Shown piece by piece: positions 42,970 to 52,730 of a DNA stretch of 64,000 nucleotides. How positions within the stretch are numbered: the stretch's first letter is position 1; each line of letters starts with the position of its first letter. The translations under genes were made by a program, and so were the position numbers. This DNA comes from Methanotrichaceae archaeon (GTDB lineage: Archaea > Halobacteriota > Methanosarcinia > Methanotrichales > Methanotrichaceae). The stretch lies in the NCBI GenBank assembly GCA_963813075.1, contig CAWEXU010000031.1, positions 160,001-224,000 of the forward strand, in the 5' to 3' direction. The notes beneath the pieces are model-generated. The model saw only the letters and a list, made by a program, of their open reading frames with translations, was not told where the DNA came from and did no database searches.

Positions 42970-43028
42970 ACAATGATCTGCGAAAGCCTTTTATTGTCCG
43001 GAATCAATCCCGGCTTGGTGGGTTCAGT

Positions 43029-43520
43029 ATGAAGACTGCATTAGCAGTAATGGTCATAGCATTAGCTTGTCTTTTGCTATGGGATTGCTCAGCTCAGAGC
43101 ATGAGCAGCTATCAGGGTTTGAGCGGAGATTCCGGCAGAGCTATACTGGCAAGCCTGAAGGCCAATGACACCCAATCTAACGAAAGGGACAATAATACAA
43201 ATACCAGCGAGAATGACACCCTGTGGAGCTGGGGAAGCAAACCCAAGGGAAGCGTTATTGTCGATGGACAGCTACTGACAGATCCGTTTAACAGCTGGAA
43301 GGATTTCAATGTGACAGAGAGCGGGATAGCTCCGATTGGAGTCGACCCATTCATGGGTTATCCGATCTATGCCTACGAGATCCCAGGCACAGGGGAGACA
43401 AAGTACTTCTACCTGGATCCTTTAACCCGTGAGCCATTCTATCTGGACGGATATGCAGGGGTTGTTGCCCCAGTTGCAGTGGAAAGCAGCAGCTACGTAT
43501 TGCCACCGGTGTTAAGATAG
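43029..43520 (+). CDS. secreted LWSWG/DPxTG-repeat protein, paralog 3
   Basis: MKTALAVMVIAL signal; YQGLSGDSGR; LWSWGSKPKGS; DPFMG, DPLTR; YVLPPVLR. Confidence 0.8.
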   Translation: MKTALAVMVIALACLLLWDCSAQSMSSYQGLSGDSGRAILASLKANDTQSNERDNNTNTSENDTLWSWGSKPKGSVIVDGQLLTDPFNSWKDFNVTESGIAPIGVDPFMGYPIYAYEIPGTGETKYFYLDPLTREPFYLDGYAGVVAPVAVESSSYVLPPVLR

Positions 43521-43597
43521 GTGCTTTTCAGATTGGATATTATTGGCAGGCAAAGGCTGCCATTAATGAGTGTAATCAAATAGAGGAGTGATTAAAT

Positions 43598-44077
43598 ATG
43601 AAGAATAAAATGATGTATATTGCAGTATTTCTGTGTCTGGCAGGCCTCGCAGTGGCCGCAGAATATAACGATTGGCAAAATGGAGCCATTGATGGCTTCA
43701 AAAAGGGCTTTGAGATGGGTCAGGCATACCAGCTGGCTCTGGATGGAAAGGATATCTCCGGCTTCAATGCCAAGGTTGACGAATACAACACCTGGGTGAG
43801 AGCTAACTTCGGAGAAGACCCGCAGATGCTGATGCAGAAGATGACCGCTCCAATTGACCTGAGCAAACCAGTTATTGTTACCAACAACACCACCGCCTCA
43901 AAGGGCATAGTCCATGAGATAGATGGAGCAACTGGCGAGAAGGCAATTAAAACCAATGACATGAACCTGCTCTCTGATGCGGATATCGCTAAATTGAACG
44001 AGCAATCCGAAAGTGGAAGGGACGCCGGCGATTATCTGGGTGGAAGGGCCGTCGGTGAATATCTGGGCGGGATCTGA
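43598..44077 (+). CDS. exported hypothetical protein
   Basis: Signal MKNKMMYIAVFLCLAGLAVAA; RBS gaggagtga; C-terminal YLGG repeat. Confidence 0.75.
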   Translation: MKNKMMYIAVFLCLAGLAVAAEYNDWQNGAIDGFKKGFEMGQAYQLALDGKDISGFNAKVDEYNTWVRANFGEDPQMLMQKMTAPIDLSKPVIVTNNTTASKGIVHEIDGATGEKAIKTNDMNLLSDADIAKLNEQSESGRDAGDYLGGRAVGEYLGGI

Positions 44078-44204
44078 AGCTTCCGCCATTATACCTTTTT
44101 CTATTCTCTTTTGCAGCCACTCGCTAAGAAAGGCCCCAAGCGATACGGATATATTTTTTAATGCGTAGTACTTAATGAACATAAATTGAAATATCTGGTA
44201 GCTG

Positions 44205-44810
44205 ATGAATATGGATAAAAACATTAAAAACGTTTTTCTGGATTTGAAGGCAGTTCATGATGATCTGCAGATGATCTCTACGGATATCATAGTGATAGCT
44301 GATTGGGTGCCATTGAAGTGCAGATACGGCTGCAGCAACTATGGAAAACACCTGAGCTGCCCGCCCTTTTCCCCAACCCCCGAGGAAATGAGGAGGGTCC
44401 TATCTGAATACAGGCATGCAGCACTTGCCCGCTTTGAGGCCAGGCCGGATCAGAAGCTCTCTGTGAAAGCGGCCAGACAGGCCCTTGGCAATACCATAAC
44501 CAAGATTCAAAAGACCATATTCGATCTGGAGAGATCAGCATTCCTCGGTGGTTGCTACAAGGCCTTTGGGCTGAATGCTATGCCCTGCGCTCTTTGTGAT
44601 AGCTGCATCATTGAGGAGATGCAGAAGAAAGATCTGCCGATTTACGACCTTGACCGGGTACGGTGCAAAAATAAGGAGATCATGCGCCCCTCAATGGAGG
44701 CCTGCGGTATTGATGTCTTCAAGACTCTGCAGAATGCCGGCCATGATCCCAGGGTGCTCAGAGGAAGCACTGAAAAGATAGAGCTGTTCGGCCTGATACT
44801 GCTGGATTAG
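44205..44810 (+). CDS. DUF2284 Cys-rich metal-binding protein
   Basis: KCRYGCSNYG...SCPP, CALCDSC, RPSMEACGIDV. Confidence 0.85.
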   Translation: MNMDKNIKNVFLDLKAVHDDLQMISTDIIVIADWVPLKCRYGCSNYGKHLSCPPFSPTPEEMRRVLSEYRHAALARFEARPDQKLSVKAARQALGNTITKIQKTIFDLERSAFLGGCYKAFGLNAMPCALCDSCIIEEMQKKDLPIYDLDRVRCKNKEIMRPSMEACGIDVFKTLQNAGHDPRVLRGSTEKIELFGLILLD

Positions 44811-44880
44811 GAGAATGGATTAGGAGAATGGATTAGGAGAATGGATTAGGAGAATGGATTAGGAGAATGGATTAGGAAGA
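44803..44880. repeat. 13-bp tandem repeat TGGATTAGGAGAA, 5 perfect copies plus 1 variant
   Basis: Directly visible; first unit contains the DUF2284 stop codon. Confidence 0.97.
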
Positions 44881-44945
44881 TGGCATCTTGAGACGGGATT
44901 AAAAGACTGCAATCCTCATATACTTGCAGCTCTAACAGCAGGCAG

Positions 44946-45218
44946 ATGCAATGGGAACTGGTTGGCTGGTGTGCGGCTCTGTTGACGATGTTCGGATTCG
45001 TCCCCCAGATCCTCAAAATCTATCGCACTGAATCGGTCTCAGATGTCAGCCTGGTCATGCTGCTGCAGTTCTCGCTGGGCATGTTTCTCTGGCTGCTCTA
45101 TGGCCTTTATATCCAGGACCGCATACTGATCGTCTCCAATACCATCTCCTTTCTCACATTGACCGTGGCCACCGGGATGTATATGAAGTACAGGAAAAAT
45201 GGCGCCAGCCCTCTGTAG
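44946..45218 (+). CDS. SemiSWEET / PQ-loop transporter
   Basis: FVPQILKIYRT..VSDVS, LWLLYG, IVSN. Confidence 0.88.
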   Translation: MQWELVGWCAALLTMFGFVPQILKIYRTESVSDVSLVMLLQFSLGMFLWLLYGLYIQDRILIVSNTISFLTLTVATGMYMKYRKNGASPL

Positions 45219-45274
45219 TACCCACAGGATACAGGCAGGTTGACTGATATTACCCACCGATCACTATTGTCCTG

Positions 45275-45577
45275 TCAGTCTTTATCCAGCTCAATTATCT
45301 TATTTTTGATCCTCTCTTGCAGCCTTTCCAGAGATGCTTTCGTGCTCAGGCGATTGTCGCAGGGAGATGTATCCTTGGGGTTGCAGCCAGCCATTAGATC
45401 CATTACTCTGTCAGCCAGATCAAAGGCCTCCAGCTCCTCCAGATGCTGCAATAAATTACTGGTGCTGGAGTTGAAATCACGGCATTTTCCCGTCTGTGAG
45501 ATAGCAGCCTCATGCAACTTATAGAGCAGAGAGAGCTCCTTTTGGATCTGCAACCAGTCATCCCTGTTCATCGCCAT
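45275..45577 (-). CDS. hypothetical protein
   Basis: 100-aa ORF with Cys motifs (GKC, GCNPKDTSPCD). Confidence 0.6.
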   Translation of the reverse strand: MAMNRDDWLQIQKELSLLYKLHEAAISQTGKCRDFNSSTSNLLQHLEELEAFDLADRVMDLMAGCNPKDTSPCDNRLSTKASLERLQERIKNKIIELDKD

Positions 45578-45838
45578 CTGGGAAAGCTATCCATCATTCA
45601 GAAATATTAAGGCGATGCTCTCAGAACAGAGGTTATGGGCTAATGGCCTGGATCCAGGATATGACCAGAGCCTGGCGTCACAGTAAGCGATTTCATTGAT
45701 CTGGTAGGGTGGCCCTTACTGGCCAATCAACTTCGCCTCTGAGATTGCTCTTACATAATAGATACAAAATTTTCACACATAATATGCGAATCCGATATCT
45801 TCTTATAACTAAAGGATAATTGACCCAAAGGTGGTTCT

Positions 45839-46558
45839 ATGCACATTCCTGATGGCTATCTGGGGCCTTATACATACGGTGCATTATGGATAATAATGAT
45901 CCCCATATGGATCTACGCCGGAAGGCGGCTGAGCAATGAGCTAAGATCAAGGCAGGTTCCCCTGCTTGCTCTCTCCGCTGCTTTTTCCTTTGTGATCATG
46001 ATGTTCAATGTTCCCATACCCGGTGGCAGCACCGGACACGCAGTGGGTGCAGCGATAATAGGAATAGTCCTTGGACCCTGGGCAGCGGTAATATCAGTGA
46101 CGGTGGCCCTGGTTTTGCAGGCTTTGATATTCGGAGATGGGGGAATCACCGCCATTGCAGCCAACTGCTTCAACATGGCGGTAGTGATGCCCTTTGCCGC
46201 TTATTATATCTACCGGATAGTGAGCGGAAACACTGATATCACATCCTCAAGGAGGGTCATTGCCGCAGCAATAGCGGGATATGTTTCCCTCACCCTGGCG
46301 GCAGCTCTGACAGGCATAATGTTTGGAATTCAGCCCCTCCTCCATCAAACGGCAGAAGGAGTTCCCATTTACATGCCTTATTCCCTGAATTTCACCCTGC
46401 CTGCTATGCTGATCGAGCATGCTCTCGGATTTTCCATTCTTGAGGCTCTGGTCACGGGATTAATATTTGCTTATATTCAAAAGACCGATGCCACCCTGCT
46501 TTATGGAGAGGTGTCAGCCAGAGAGAGAATAAAAATGGGAAGAGCAGGAACCGTATGA
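45839..46558 (+). CDS. cbiM: ECF nickel/cobalt transporter substrate component (NikM/CbiM)
   Basis: MHIPDG N-terminus, PGGSTGH, QALIFGDGG. Confidence 0.92.
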   Translation: MHIPDGYLGPYTYGALWIIMIPIWIYAGRRLSNELRSRQVPLLALSAAFSFVIMMFNVPIPGGSTGHAVGAAIIGIVLGPWAAVISVTVALVLQALIFGDGGITAIAANCFNMAVVMPFAAYYIYRIVSGNTDITSSRRVIAAAIAGYVSLTLAAALTGIMFGIQPLLHQTAEGVPIYMPYSLNFTLPAMLIEHALGFSILEALVTGLIFAYIQKTDATLLYGEVSARERIKMGRAGTV

Positions 46559-46611
46559 GAAGGGAGCTTGGACATCATAAGGAAAAAGCAGGATCAGAGT
46601 GAGGAAAGAGC

Positions 46612-46926
46612 ATGGACAAGACTACAAGAAATCTGGCAATCGGCCTGATAGCGCTCATCATTCTCGCGCCGCTCGGCCTACTGGCAGTGGGTGAGACCTT
46701 TGGCGAATGGAGTAATGAGGAGCTGGAGGAGAAGATAGGCTTTGTTCCACCGGGCCTTGAAGAGCTCTCCTCAATCTGGAGCGCGCCAATGCCAGACTAT
46801 GCCCTGCCCGGTATTGGAGACTCAATGACAGCAGCGTCTATTGCCTACATTCTCTCCGCGATAGTCGGAGTTATCATTGGAGGCGGCCTGCTGTACCTTC
46901 TGGGAAAGAGGATCGCAAAGGATTAG
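46612..46926 (+). CDS. NikN/PDGLE-domain component
   Basis: PLGLLA..FGEW, APMPDY, two TM segments. Confidence 0.82.
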   Translation: MDKTTRNLAIGLIALIILAPLGLLAVGETFGEWSNEELEEKIGFVPPGLEELSSIWSAPMPDYALPGIGDSMTAASIAYILSAIVGVIIGGGLLYLLGKRIAKD

Positions 46927-46930
46927 TGAT

Positions 46931-47869
46931 ATGATACCGGAGTGGATGAGAGAGGTAGATACTGGCCCCCACCAGTTTCCAGAAACAGCCCAGGGCAAAA
47001 AGGGGTTTGTGGGAAAGACGATAGACGGGATATTCAGTTTCATGGAGGAGGCATTCGTCTCTGAGGCCAGCTCCCGCCTGCCCGGCGTCCTGCAGAGCCT
47101 GGACCCAAGGGCGAAGTTGATCTCGATTCTGGTCATAGTATTCGCAACCAGCCTGATTGGAGATCTTAGGGTCCTGGTATTCATCTATCTCCTCACCCTG
47201 GTCTTCGCATATCTGAGCAAAATAGATGTAGTCTTTTTCATCAAGAGGGTGTGGCTGTTCATACCCGTTTTCGCCGGGATAATTGCTCTACCCATGATCT
47301 TCAATATCTTCATTCCTGGAGATCCTCTCATTCACCTGGCATACCTTGGGCCGGGAGCTCACCTGGGGCCGTTCTCCCTTCCTGATGCGATCTATATAAC
47401 CCGCCAGGGAACTATTGCCGCGGTGATATTCACCATGAGGGTGGCAGCATGCGTCTCGGCAGTGGTATTGCTATTCGTCACCACCCCCAAGCAGGTCCTG
47501 TTCAAGTCCTTAAGATCGGTGGGCGTGCCAAAGCTGTATGTCCTCACCCTGGAGATGGCCTATCGCTACATCTTTCTCCTGATGGAGCTGGTGCGAGAGA
47601 TGTACATCGCCAAAAAGGCGAGGACCATCCGGGCCGGGGGCCTTTTTGACGAGCAGAAGTGGGTGGGGGGGAGGATGGGATATACCCTGATCCGGTCACT
47701 GGACATGAGCGAGAAGGTCCATATGGCCATGACCTCCCGCGGTTTTAACGGCGAGGTTCATATCATGCAGGAGTTCAAATTCAGGAGTCGGGACTATCTC
47801 GCCGGGGCAACAGCTATATCTCTTAGCATTCTGCTCCTTTTAGTCTCTCAGAATATCATCCGGATATAG
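46931..47869 (+). CDS. cbiQ: ECF transporter T component
   Basis: LDPRAKL, YRYIFLL, AMTSRGF. Confidence 0.92.
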   Translation: MIPEWMREVDTGPHQFPETAQGKKGFVGKTIDGIFSFMEEAFVSEASSRLPGVLQSLDPRAKLISILVIVFATSLIGDLRVLVFIYLLTLVFAYLSKIDVVFFIKRVWLFIPVFAGIIALPMIFNIFIPGDPLIHLAYLGPGAHLGPFSLPDAIYITRQGTIAAVIFTMRVAACVSAVVLLFVTTPKQVLFKSLRSVGVPKLYVLTLEMAYRYIFLLMELVREMYIAKKARTIRAGGLFDEQKWVGGRMGYTLIRSLDMSEKVHMAMTSRGFNGEVHIMQEFKFRSRDYLAGATAISLSILLLLVSQNIIRI

Positions 47870-47873
47870 GAGC

Positions 47874-48719
47874 ATGGAAGAGAAGATGGATACCATATTC
47901 GACCTCAGGAATGTATCTTACTCCTACCTGGGAAAGATCGAAGCCCTGAGAGATATCACGATCAATATCAATAGGGGAGAGCAGGTCACAATCATAGGCT
48001 CAAACGGCAGCGGCAAGTCGACGCTTCTTGCCGTCTTGAACGGCCTGGTGTACCCCTCATCCGGCGACTTTTTTGCCTTCGGCCATCCGGTAACCGAGGA
48101 GGTCTTTGACTCCATAAAGGAGAATGAGTTCAGGAGCTACTTCCGGACGAAGGTTGGTTTTGTCTTCCAGAACTCCGACATCCAGCTCTTCTCCTCTACG
48201 GTCTTCGAGGAGATTGCCTTCGGCCCGTTGCAGCTTAATTTACCCATAGAGGAGGTCAAAGCCAGGGTTGAGGATATCATGGAGATGATGCAGATCGCAA
48301 AGCTCCGGGACAGAGCCCCTCATACCCTGAGCGGAGGGGAGAAGAAGAAGGTCTGCATTGCCACCGTCCTGGTGAACAATCCCGATGTGCTGCTATTGGA
48401 CGAGCCATCCGCGGGCCTTGACCCCAGGACCCAGCTCTGGCTGGTGGAGCTGCTTCATGAGCTATCTCATGCCGGAAAGACCATTATCACTGCTACTCAC
48501 GACCTGGAGATCATGGAATTGATCAGCAAGAGGTCCATTGTGATGGGCGAGGACCACAGGGTCAAGCTGGATGACACTCCAAAGAAAGTTCTATCCAATT
48601 TCGAGCTTCTCATGGAATCCAATCTGGTGCATGAGCACATGCATATCCACGGCAAGCTGGTGCACGAGCACCTGCACGATCATGAGACGGGGCATACGCA
48701 TGTTCATCTTAAGAGCTAA
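47874..48719 (+). CDS. cbiO: ECF transporter ATPase with His-rich tail
   Basis: GSNGSGKST, VFQN, LSGGEKK, LLDEP; HEHMHIHG...HEHLHDH tail. Confidence 0.92.
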   Translation: MEEKMDTIFDLRNVSYSYLGKIEALRDITININRGEQVTIIGSNGSGKSTLLAVLNGLVYPSSGDFFAFGHPVTEEVFDSIKENEFRSYFRTKVGFVFQNSDIQLFSSTVFEEIAFGPLQLNLPIEEVKARVEDIMEMMQIAKLRDRAPHTLSGGEKKKVCIATVLVNNPDVLLLDEPSAGLDPRTQLWLVELLHELSHAGKTIITATHDLEIMELISKRSIVMGEDHRVKLDDTPKKVLSNFELLMESNLVHEHMHIHGKLVHEHLHDHETGHTHVHLKS

Positions 48720-48797
48720 ATGCACTTTTATAAAAATTATTTCAATCCCAAAGCCTAGCGATCAAGATTTAAATAGGAAGAGATAAGGAGTATATTC

Positions 48798-48971
48798 ATG
48801 TGCGAGGTTTTGGAGCGGAAAGACCAGAAGCATGCACTTGACTACAACCGGGAGGAGCCCGAGGACATAACCAAATCGCTCATGATCCTCTCAGAGAGAT
48901 CTCTGCATGATTTCTTAGCGAGCGAACCTGATATCTATACAGTTGATGATTTAAAAGTCCGATATAGATGA
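48798..48971 (+). CDS. 57-aa putative antitoxin
   Basis: ...SERSLHDFLASEPDIYTVDDLKVRYR; ATGA-coupled to PemK-like gene. Confidence 0.65.
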   Translation: MCEVLERKDQKHALDYNREEPEDITKSLMILSERSLHDFLASEPDIYTVDDLKVRYR

Positions 48972-49218
48972 AAGGAGATATAGTACTCGTTCCTTTTCCA
49001 AATTCCGACCTGACTCCAGGAAAGCTGCGGCCAGCTTTGGTCCTCTACGAAGATGATATCGAGAATGAGACCACGATTGCCTAAACTCAGTCATAAAGCT
49101 GAATAAAATAGCCACCATAAAAGACTATTATATTTCAGGCCTGCTCGGGTCTGCAAACGAAGCCCTGCAGGCCGAAGTAGATAAGGCCATTGACGCCTGC
49201 ATGAAATTCAGGCGATAA
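48968..49218 (+). pseudogene. PemK/MazF toxin with internal deletion
   Basis: MKGDIVLVPFPNSDLTPGKLRPALVL...TTIA* joined out of frame to NSVIKLNKIATI...GLLG...EVDKAI; middle section missing. Confidence 0.75.
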
Positions 49219-49282
49219 ACATAGAGCAATTGCGCAACAAAAAATAAGCAAGAATAAGCAGGCAGGGATACTGTCTCAAATG

Positions 49283-49807
49283 CTATGAAAAACGAGTTTT
49301 GGTAGCGTGCCATAATTGCTGTAAATCAAGAGCTTCGCTGGCCATGCGAAGAATTTTGTGCTTTCTGAGACCAGAGGTGCCTTCTTTGGTTAGGATATCC
49401 ATATCGTTTCGATCATGAACCGTTAGATGGACTGGGACAGATTTTATCTGCGAGAGTCTTTTTCCAGGAGGCTCGGAGGCGGATGCTGCATGGAAAGTGA
49501 TCTGACCTTCATGAAGCTTCTCACCGAAAGTCTCATTGAGAAAATCCCAGATCAGATTCACCAGAGATCGACATGTAGCCCTCGGAAAATCATAGTCGGT
49601 TTCAAGTGTTTGGAACAACCTTTGTTGAGCGCTTCTGACCCAGGGGCCTTTGTAAACCAGATCTGTCTCATCTACTTGCACCATCTGTCCCACCAATGCT
49701 TGAATTTGTAGGCAAAGATACTTTAATGTAGGGGACATTTGGACGAATAGTAAATACCGAGTGCATACTATGTGGCTGCTGCGTTGATGCCTGTCCGAGC
49801 CAGGCAA
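49283..49807 (-). pseudogene. DUF1670-like protein fragment
   Basis: GQITFHAASASEPPGKRL...PVHLT...KILRMASEA then diverges. Confidence 0.55.
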
Positions 49808-49875
49808 TTAGTTTTTCATTTTAAAGCAGGATGATAAGCCCTGGAACATCCAAAAATTATAATTAAAAACAATTG

Positions 49876-50061
49876 CTACCTTATACGAAGAATGGAGATG
49901 AGAATCGTATTGGTGATCATGCAAATTAGCCCTGCAGTTAGGCCTACGCCAATTGGTGAATGGCCAAAGAAAAAAAAGTATTTTGAAAGAATCAAACCAG
50001 CGGCCATGGCTGCTACAAACACAAAGGCCTTTCGAAATGTCATATTGTCCATATCATGCAA
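49876..50061 (-). CDS. small two-TM hypothetical protein
   Basis: Two hydrophobic segments; directly downstream of NosD-like gene. Confidence 0.45.
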   Translation of the reverse strand: MHDMDNMTFRKAFVFVAAMAAGLILSKYFFFFGHSPIGVGLTAGLICMITNTILISILRIR

Positions 50062-50084
50062 AATGCATCATCCCATTTAAGCTT

Positions 50085-51143
50085 TTATCTTCCATTGACA
50101 AAAATAAGAGGATATTCATCCTGTCCACCATCAAATGTATATGGTTCATCTCCAATGCCATCGCCGTTCAGGTCCTTTCCTTTATAGTCAGACCAGTAAT
50201 TGCCGACATAGCCTTTTATGGTTTTATTGCCTTCTTTAAATGTTATTGATTCTGCAGAGCGCCATAGATTGAAAGACCCCTGAGTGCGGGCATCCTTGGA
50301 TTGCGCATTTTTGCTGTTTTTGAACTTGTTAAGGTAGATGGTGTTATTGCTGGAATCCTGCAGGTATATGCCGATATCGCCGCTCTCCTCAACGGTATTG
50401 CCCTTGATTGTGCTGCCATTGCTGAACTTCAGAAGACCGATTCCCTGAGTGCTAACCTTTTGAACTGTATTGTCCACTATGTCATTTCCTACGGCGGAGA
50501 GAAGTCCAATGCCGTTTGTGCTGCCCTTAACTCGATTTCCCTCCACTAAATTGCCGCTAGATGTATCCAGAAATATGCCAATAAATCCATTCTCTATAGC
50601 ATTGTCTCTGATGGTATTGTTATAGCATTGAATTAATTGTATGCCATCTCCTCCACCCTGTGAGAATGATCCACTCAAGAGGCCGGATAAGCCGTCACAT
50701 GCCACCAGAATACTATTATTTTGGATCAGATTGCCATGAGCCTTATTTAGAATGATGCCTGCCATACATCCTTGCACATCATTATTAGATACAACGCTGA
50801 AATTTGAATTAACAGATATTGCAAACAAGTCGCCACTGCGGATCTTGAACCCGCTTAATTCAGAGCGATCTGCAAGCAAACTGGCCATTTCAATCGATGG
50901 CAGCCCTTTTCCAGTGTCCAGGCCGGTGATCACGAGGGGTTTATTGATCTCTATGTATTCTTCGTAGTCTCCGCTTTCAACCTCAATAATGTCGCCGGAG
51001 CTTGCTTGATCGATTGCTTCTTGAATGCTCTCACCTTCTTCTACGGTGATTTTCGCATTCAGTGCATTTACTGGAATTATAAGGCAGATAAAGCAAACAA
51101 AAATTATAATAAGTAATAATTTCATCAAGGAGCAGTTGGGCAT
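50085..51143 (-). CDS. NosD/CASH right-handed beta-helix surface protein
   Basis: Signal peptide; SIQEAIDQA, repeated GI.L..S.NN.I, GNYWSDY...DGIGDEPY. Confidence 0.88.
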   Translation of the reverse strand: MPNCSLMKLLLIIIFVCFICLIIPVNALNAKITVEEGESIQEAIDQASSGDIIEVESGDYEEYIEINKPLVITGLDTGKGLPSIEMASLLADRSELSGFKIRSGDLFAISVNSNFSVVSNNDVQGCMAGIILNKAHGNLIQNNSILVACDGLSGLLSGSFSQGGGDGIQLIQCYNNTIRDNAIENGFIGIFLDTSSGNLVEGNRVKGSTNGIGLLSAVGNDIVDNTVQKVSTQGIGLLKFSNGSTIKGNTVEESGDIGIYLQDSSNNTIYLNKFKNSKNAQSKDARTQGSFNLWRSAESITFKEGNKTIKGYVGNYWSDYKGKDLNGDGIGDEPYTFDGGQDEYPLIFVNGR

Positions 51144-51232
51144 AATCTCACCAATAAGCTACTCTATAATTAAAAGTATAAAAGTGTTGGCTAATTTTTT
51201 TAGGTGAGGATAAAATCAAAGAAAAAAGAAAA

Positions 51233-52729
51233 TTACTGAGGCAGCAGTACTGTTGCTGCCTGCAGTGCCCAGTTGATGAACTGATCCGGGAAGACACCGA
51301 TATAGAAGACTGCGAGCATGGTCAAGACCAGTGCCGCCATATATCCCTTCGACTCGGCGATCTTCGGCCCGGCGGGCTCCTTCAGATACATGTAGCTGAT
51401 GATCCTCAGGTAGTACACCAGGGACAGAGCGCTGTTCAGGATGGCGAGAACTGCCAGCCAGATCAGGCCGGAGTATATGGCCGAGCTGAAGAGCACGAAC
51501 TTGCCGATATATCCTGCCGTGGGCGGAATCCCCGCCAGGGCGAACATGAAGACCAGCATGCAAAACGCTGTTACCGGCGCTCTGCTTGCCAGGCCCGCAT
51601 AGTTGGATATATCATCCGGGTCCTCTGCATCGCTTTTTGAGACCATCGAGGCCACCTGAGCTGAGCCGATGAAAGCTCCGGTCTTCATCAGAGCATGACC
51701 GAGGATTAAGAGCAGTGCTCCTGCGATTCCCAGCTGGTCAGCGGGGATCATTCCCAGGTTCAAGACATTGACCGGGGCATCACCGTAGGCAGCACCGACC
51801 ACCACAAATGCGATGGCGATGTATCCCGCCTGAGCGATTGAGGAGTATGCCAGTATACGCCGGACGTTGTTCTGCCAGCAGGCGGCCAGGTTTCCAAGAG
51901 TCATGGTTACGGCTGCCAGTATGGCGAAAGCCAGATACCACTCCATCCTCATGGCCACCATGGCGATCAGGAGAACCCTGAAAGCAGCGGCAAATCCCAT
52001 CTTCTTGGAGCCGGCAGCAAGCAGTGCCGAGACCAGGGGCGGTGCTCCCTCGTAGGTATCAGGAGCCCACATATGGAATGGCACCAGCGCCATCTTGAAG
52101 GCAAACCCGGCAATGACGAATAGCAGGGCCACCAACGTCGCTGCACCGAAGGATTCTATAGATGCTGCAGCCACGTCCGCCAGCTTGGTCGATCCGGTCA
52201 TGCCATAGAGCAATGAGAAGCCGAAGAGCATGAACGCCGAGGAGACAGAGCCATAGATGAAATACTTCATGGCCGCCTCCAGGTTCTTCTTCGTCTTGTC
52301 AAACGCCGCCATGGCGTAGGTGGACAGGCTTGCCAGCTCGAAGCCCACAAACAGAGTCACCAGATCTACGGAGCTTGAGACTATCATCATGCCCACAGTG
52401 GCAAAGAGCAGCAGAGCGAAAAACTCGTCTGAGCCCTTTCCGGTGTACTTGGATAGCGATGCTATCACTACCAGCAAGGACACTATCAGGAAGACCGCCT
52501 TGAAGAACTGGGACAGGGCGTCTACCGATATGGTATCAAAGAAGAACAGGGTGGGGGCAATAAAGAGATTGCTTGCCACCAGCCCCAGGGCTGCAACCAG
52601 CCCGGCCAGGCTCAGATAGCCCGGGAGCTTTCCACTGTTCTTCATCAGGGACCCCAGCAGCAGAATGAGCACCGCCAGTGCCGTCAATAACGCCTCTCCC
52701 CAGAGGGGTGCGTAGTGAGAAAAGTCCAC
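51233..52729 (-). CDS. fpoN: Fpo subunit N
   Basis: EAAMKYF, FKMALVPFHMWAPDTYEGAP, LAYSSIAQAGY. Confidence 0.93.
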   Translation of the reverse strand: MDFSHYAPLWGEALLTALAVLILLLGSLMKNSGKLPGYLSLAGLVAALGLVASNLFIAPTLFFFDTISVDALSQFFKAVFLIVSLLVVIASLSKYTGKGSDEFFALLLFATVGMMIVSSSVDLVTLFVGFELASLSTYAMAAFDKTKKNLEAAMKYFIYGSVSSAFMLFGFSLLYGMTGSTKLADVAAASIESFGAATLVALLFVIAGFAFKMALVPFHMWAPDTYEGAPPLVSALLAAGSKKMGFAAAFRVLLIAMVAMRMEWYLAFAILAAVTMTLGNLAACWQNNVRRILAYSSIAQAGYIAIAFVVVGAAYGDAPVNVLNLGMIPADQLGIAGALLLILGHALMKTGAFIGSAQVASMVSKSDAEDPDDISNYAGLASRAPVTAFCMLVFMFALAGIPPTAGYIGKFVLFSSAIYSGLIWLAVLAILNSALSLVYYLRIISYMYLKEPAGPKIAESKGYMAALVLTMLAVFYIGVFPDQFINWALQAATVLLPQ

Positions 52730-52730
52730 T

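Noticed and set aside
44803..44880. CRISPR array
   Set aside because: Head-to-tail 13-bp units without spacers
45745..45800. NikR operator or cobalamin riboswitch upstream of cbiM
   Set aside because: Only a short ACATAATA direct repeat is visible; no convincing palindrome or riboswitch core
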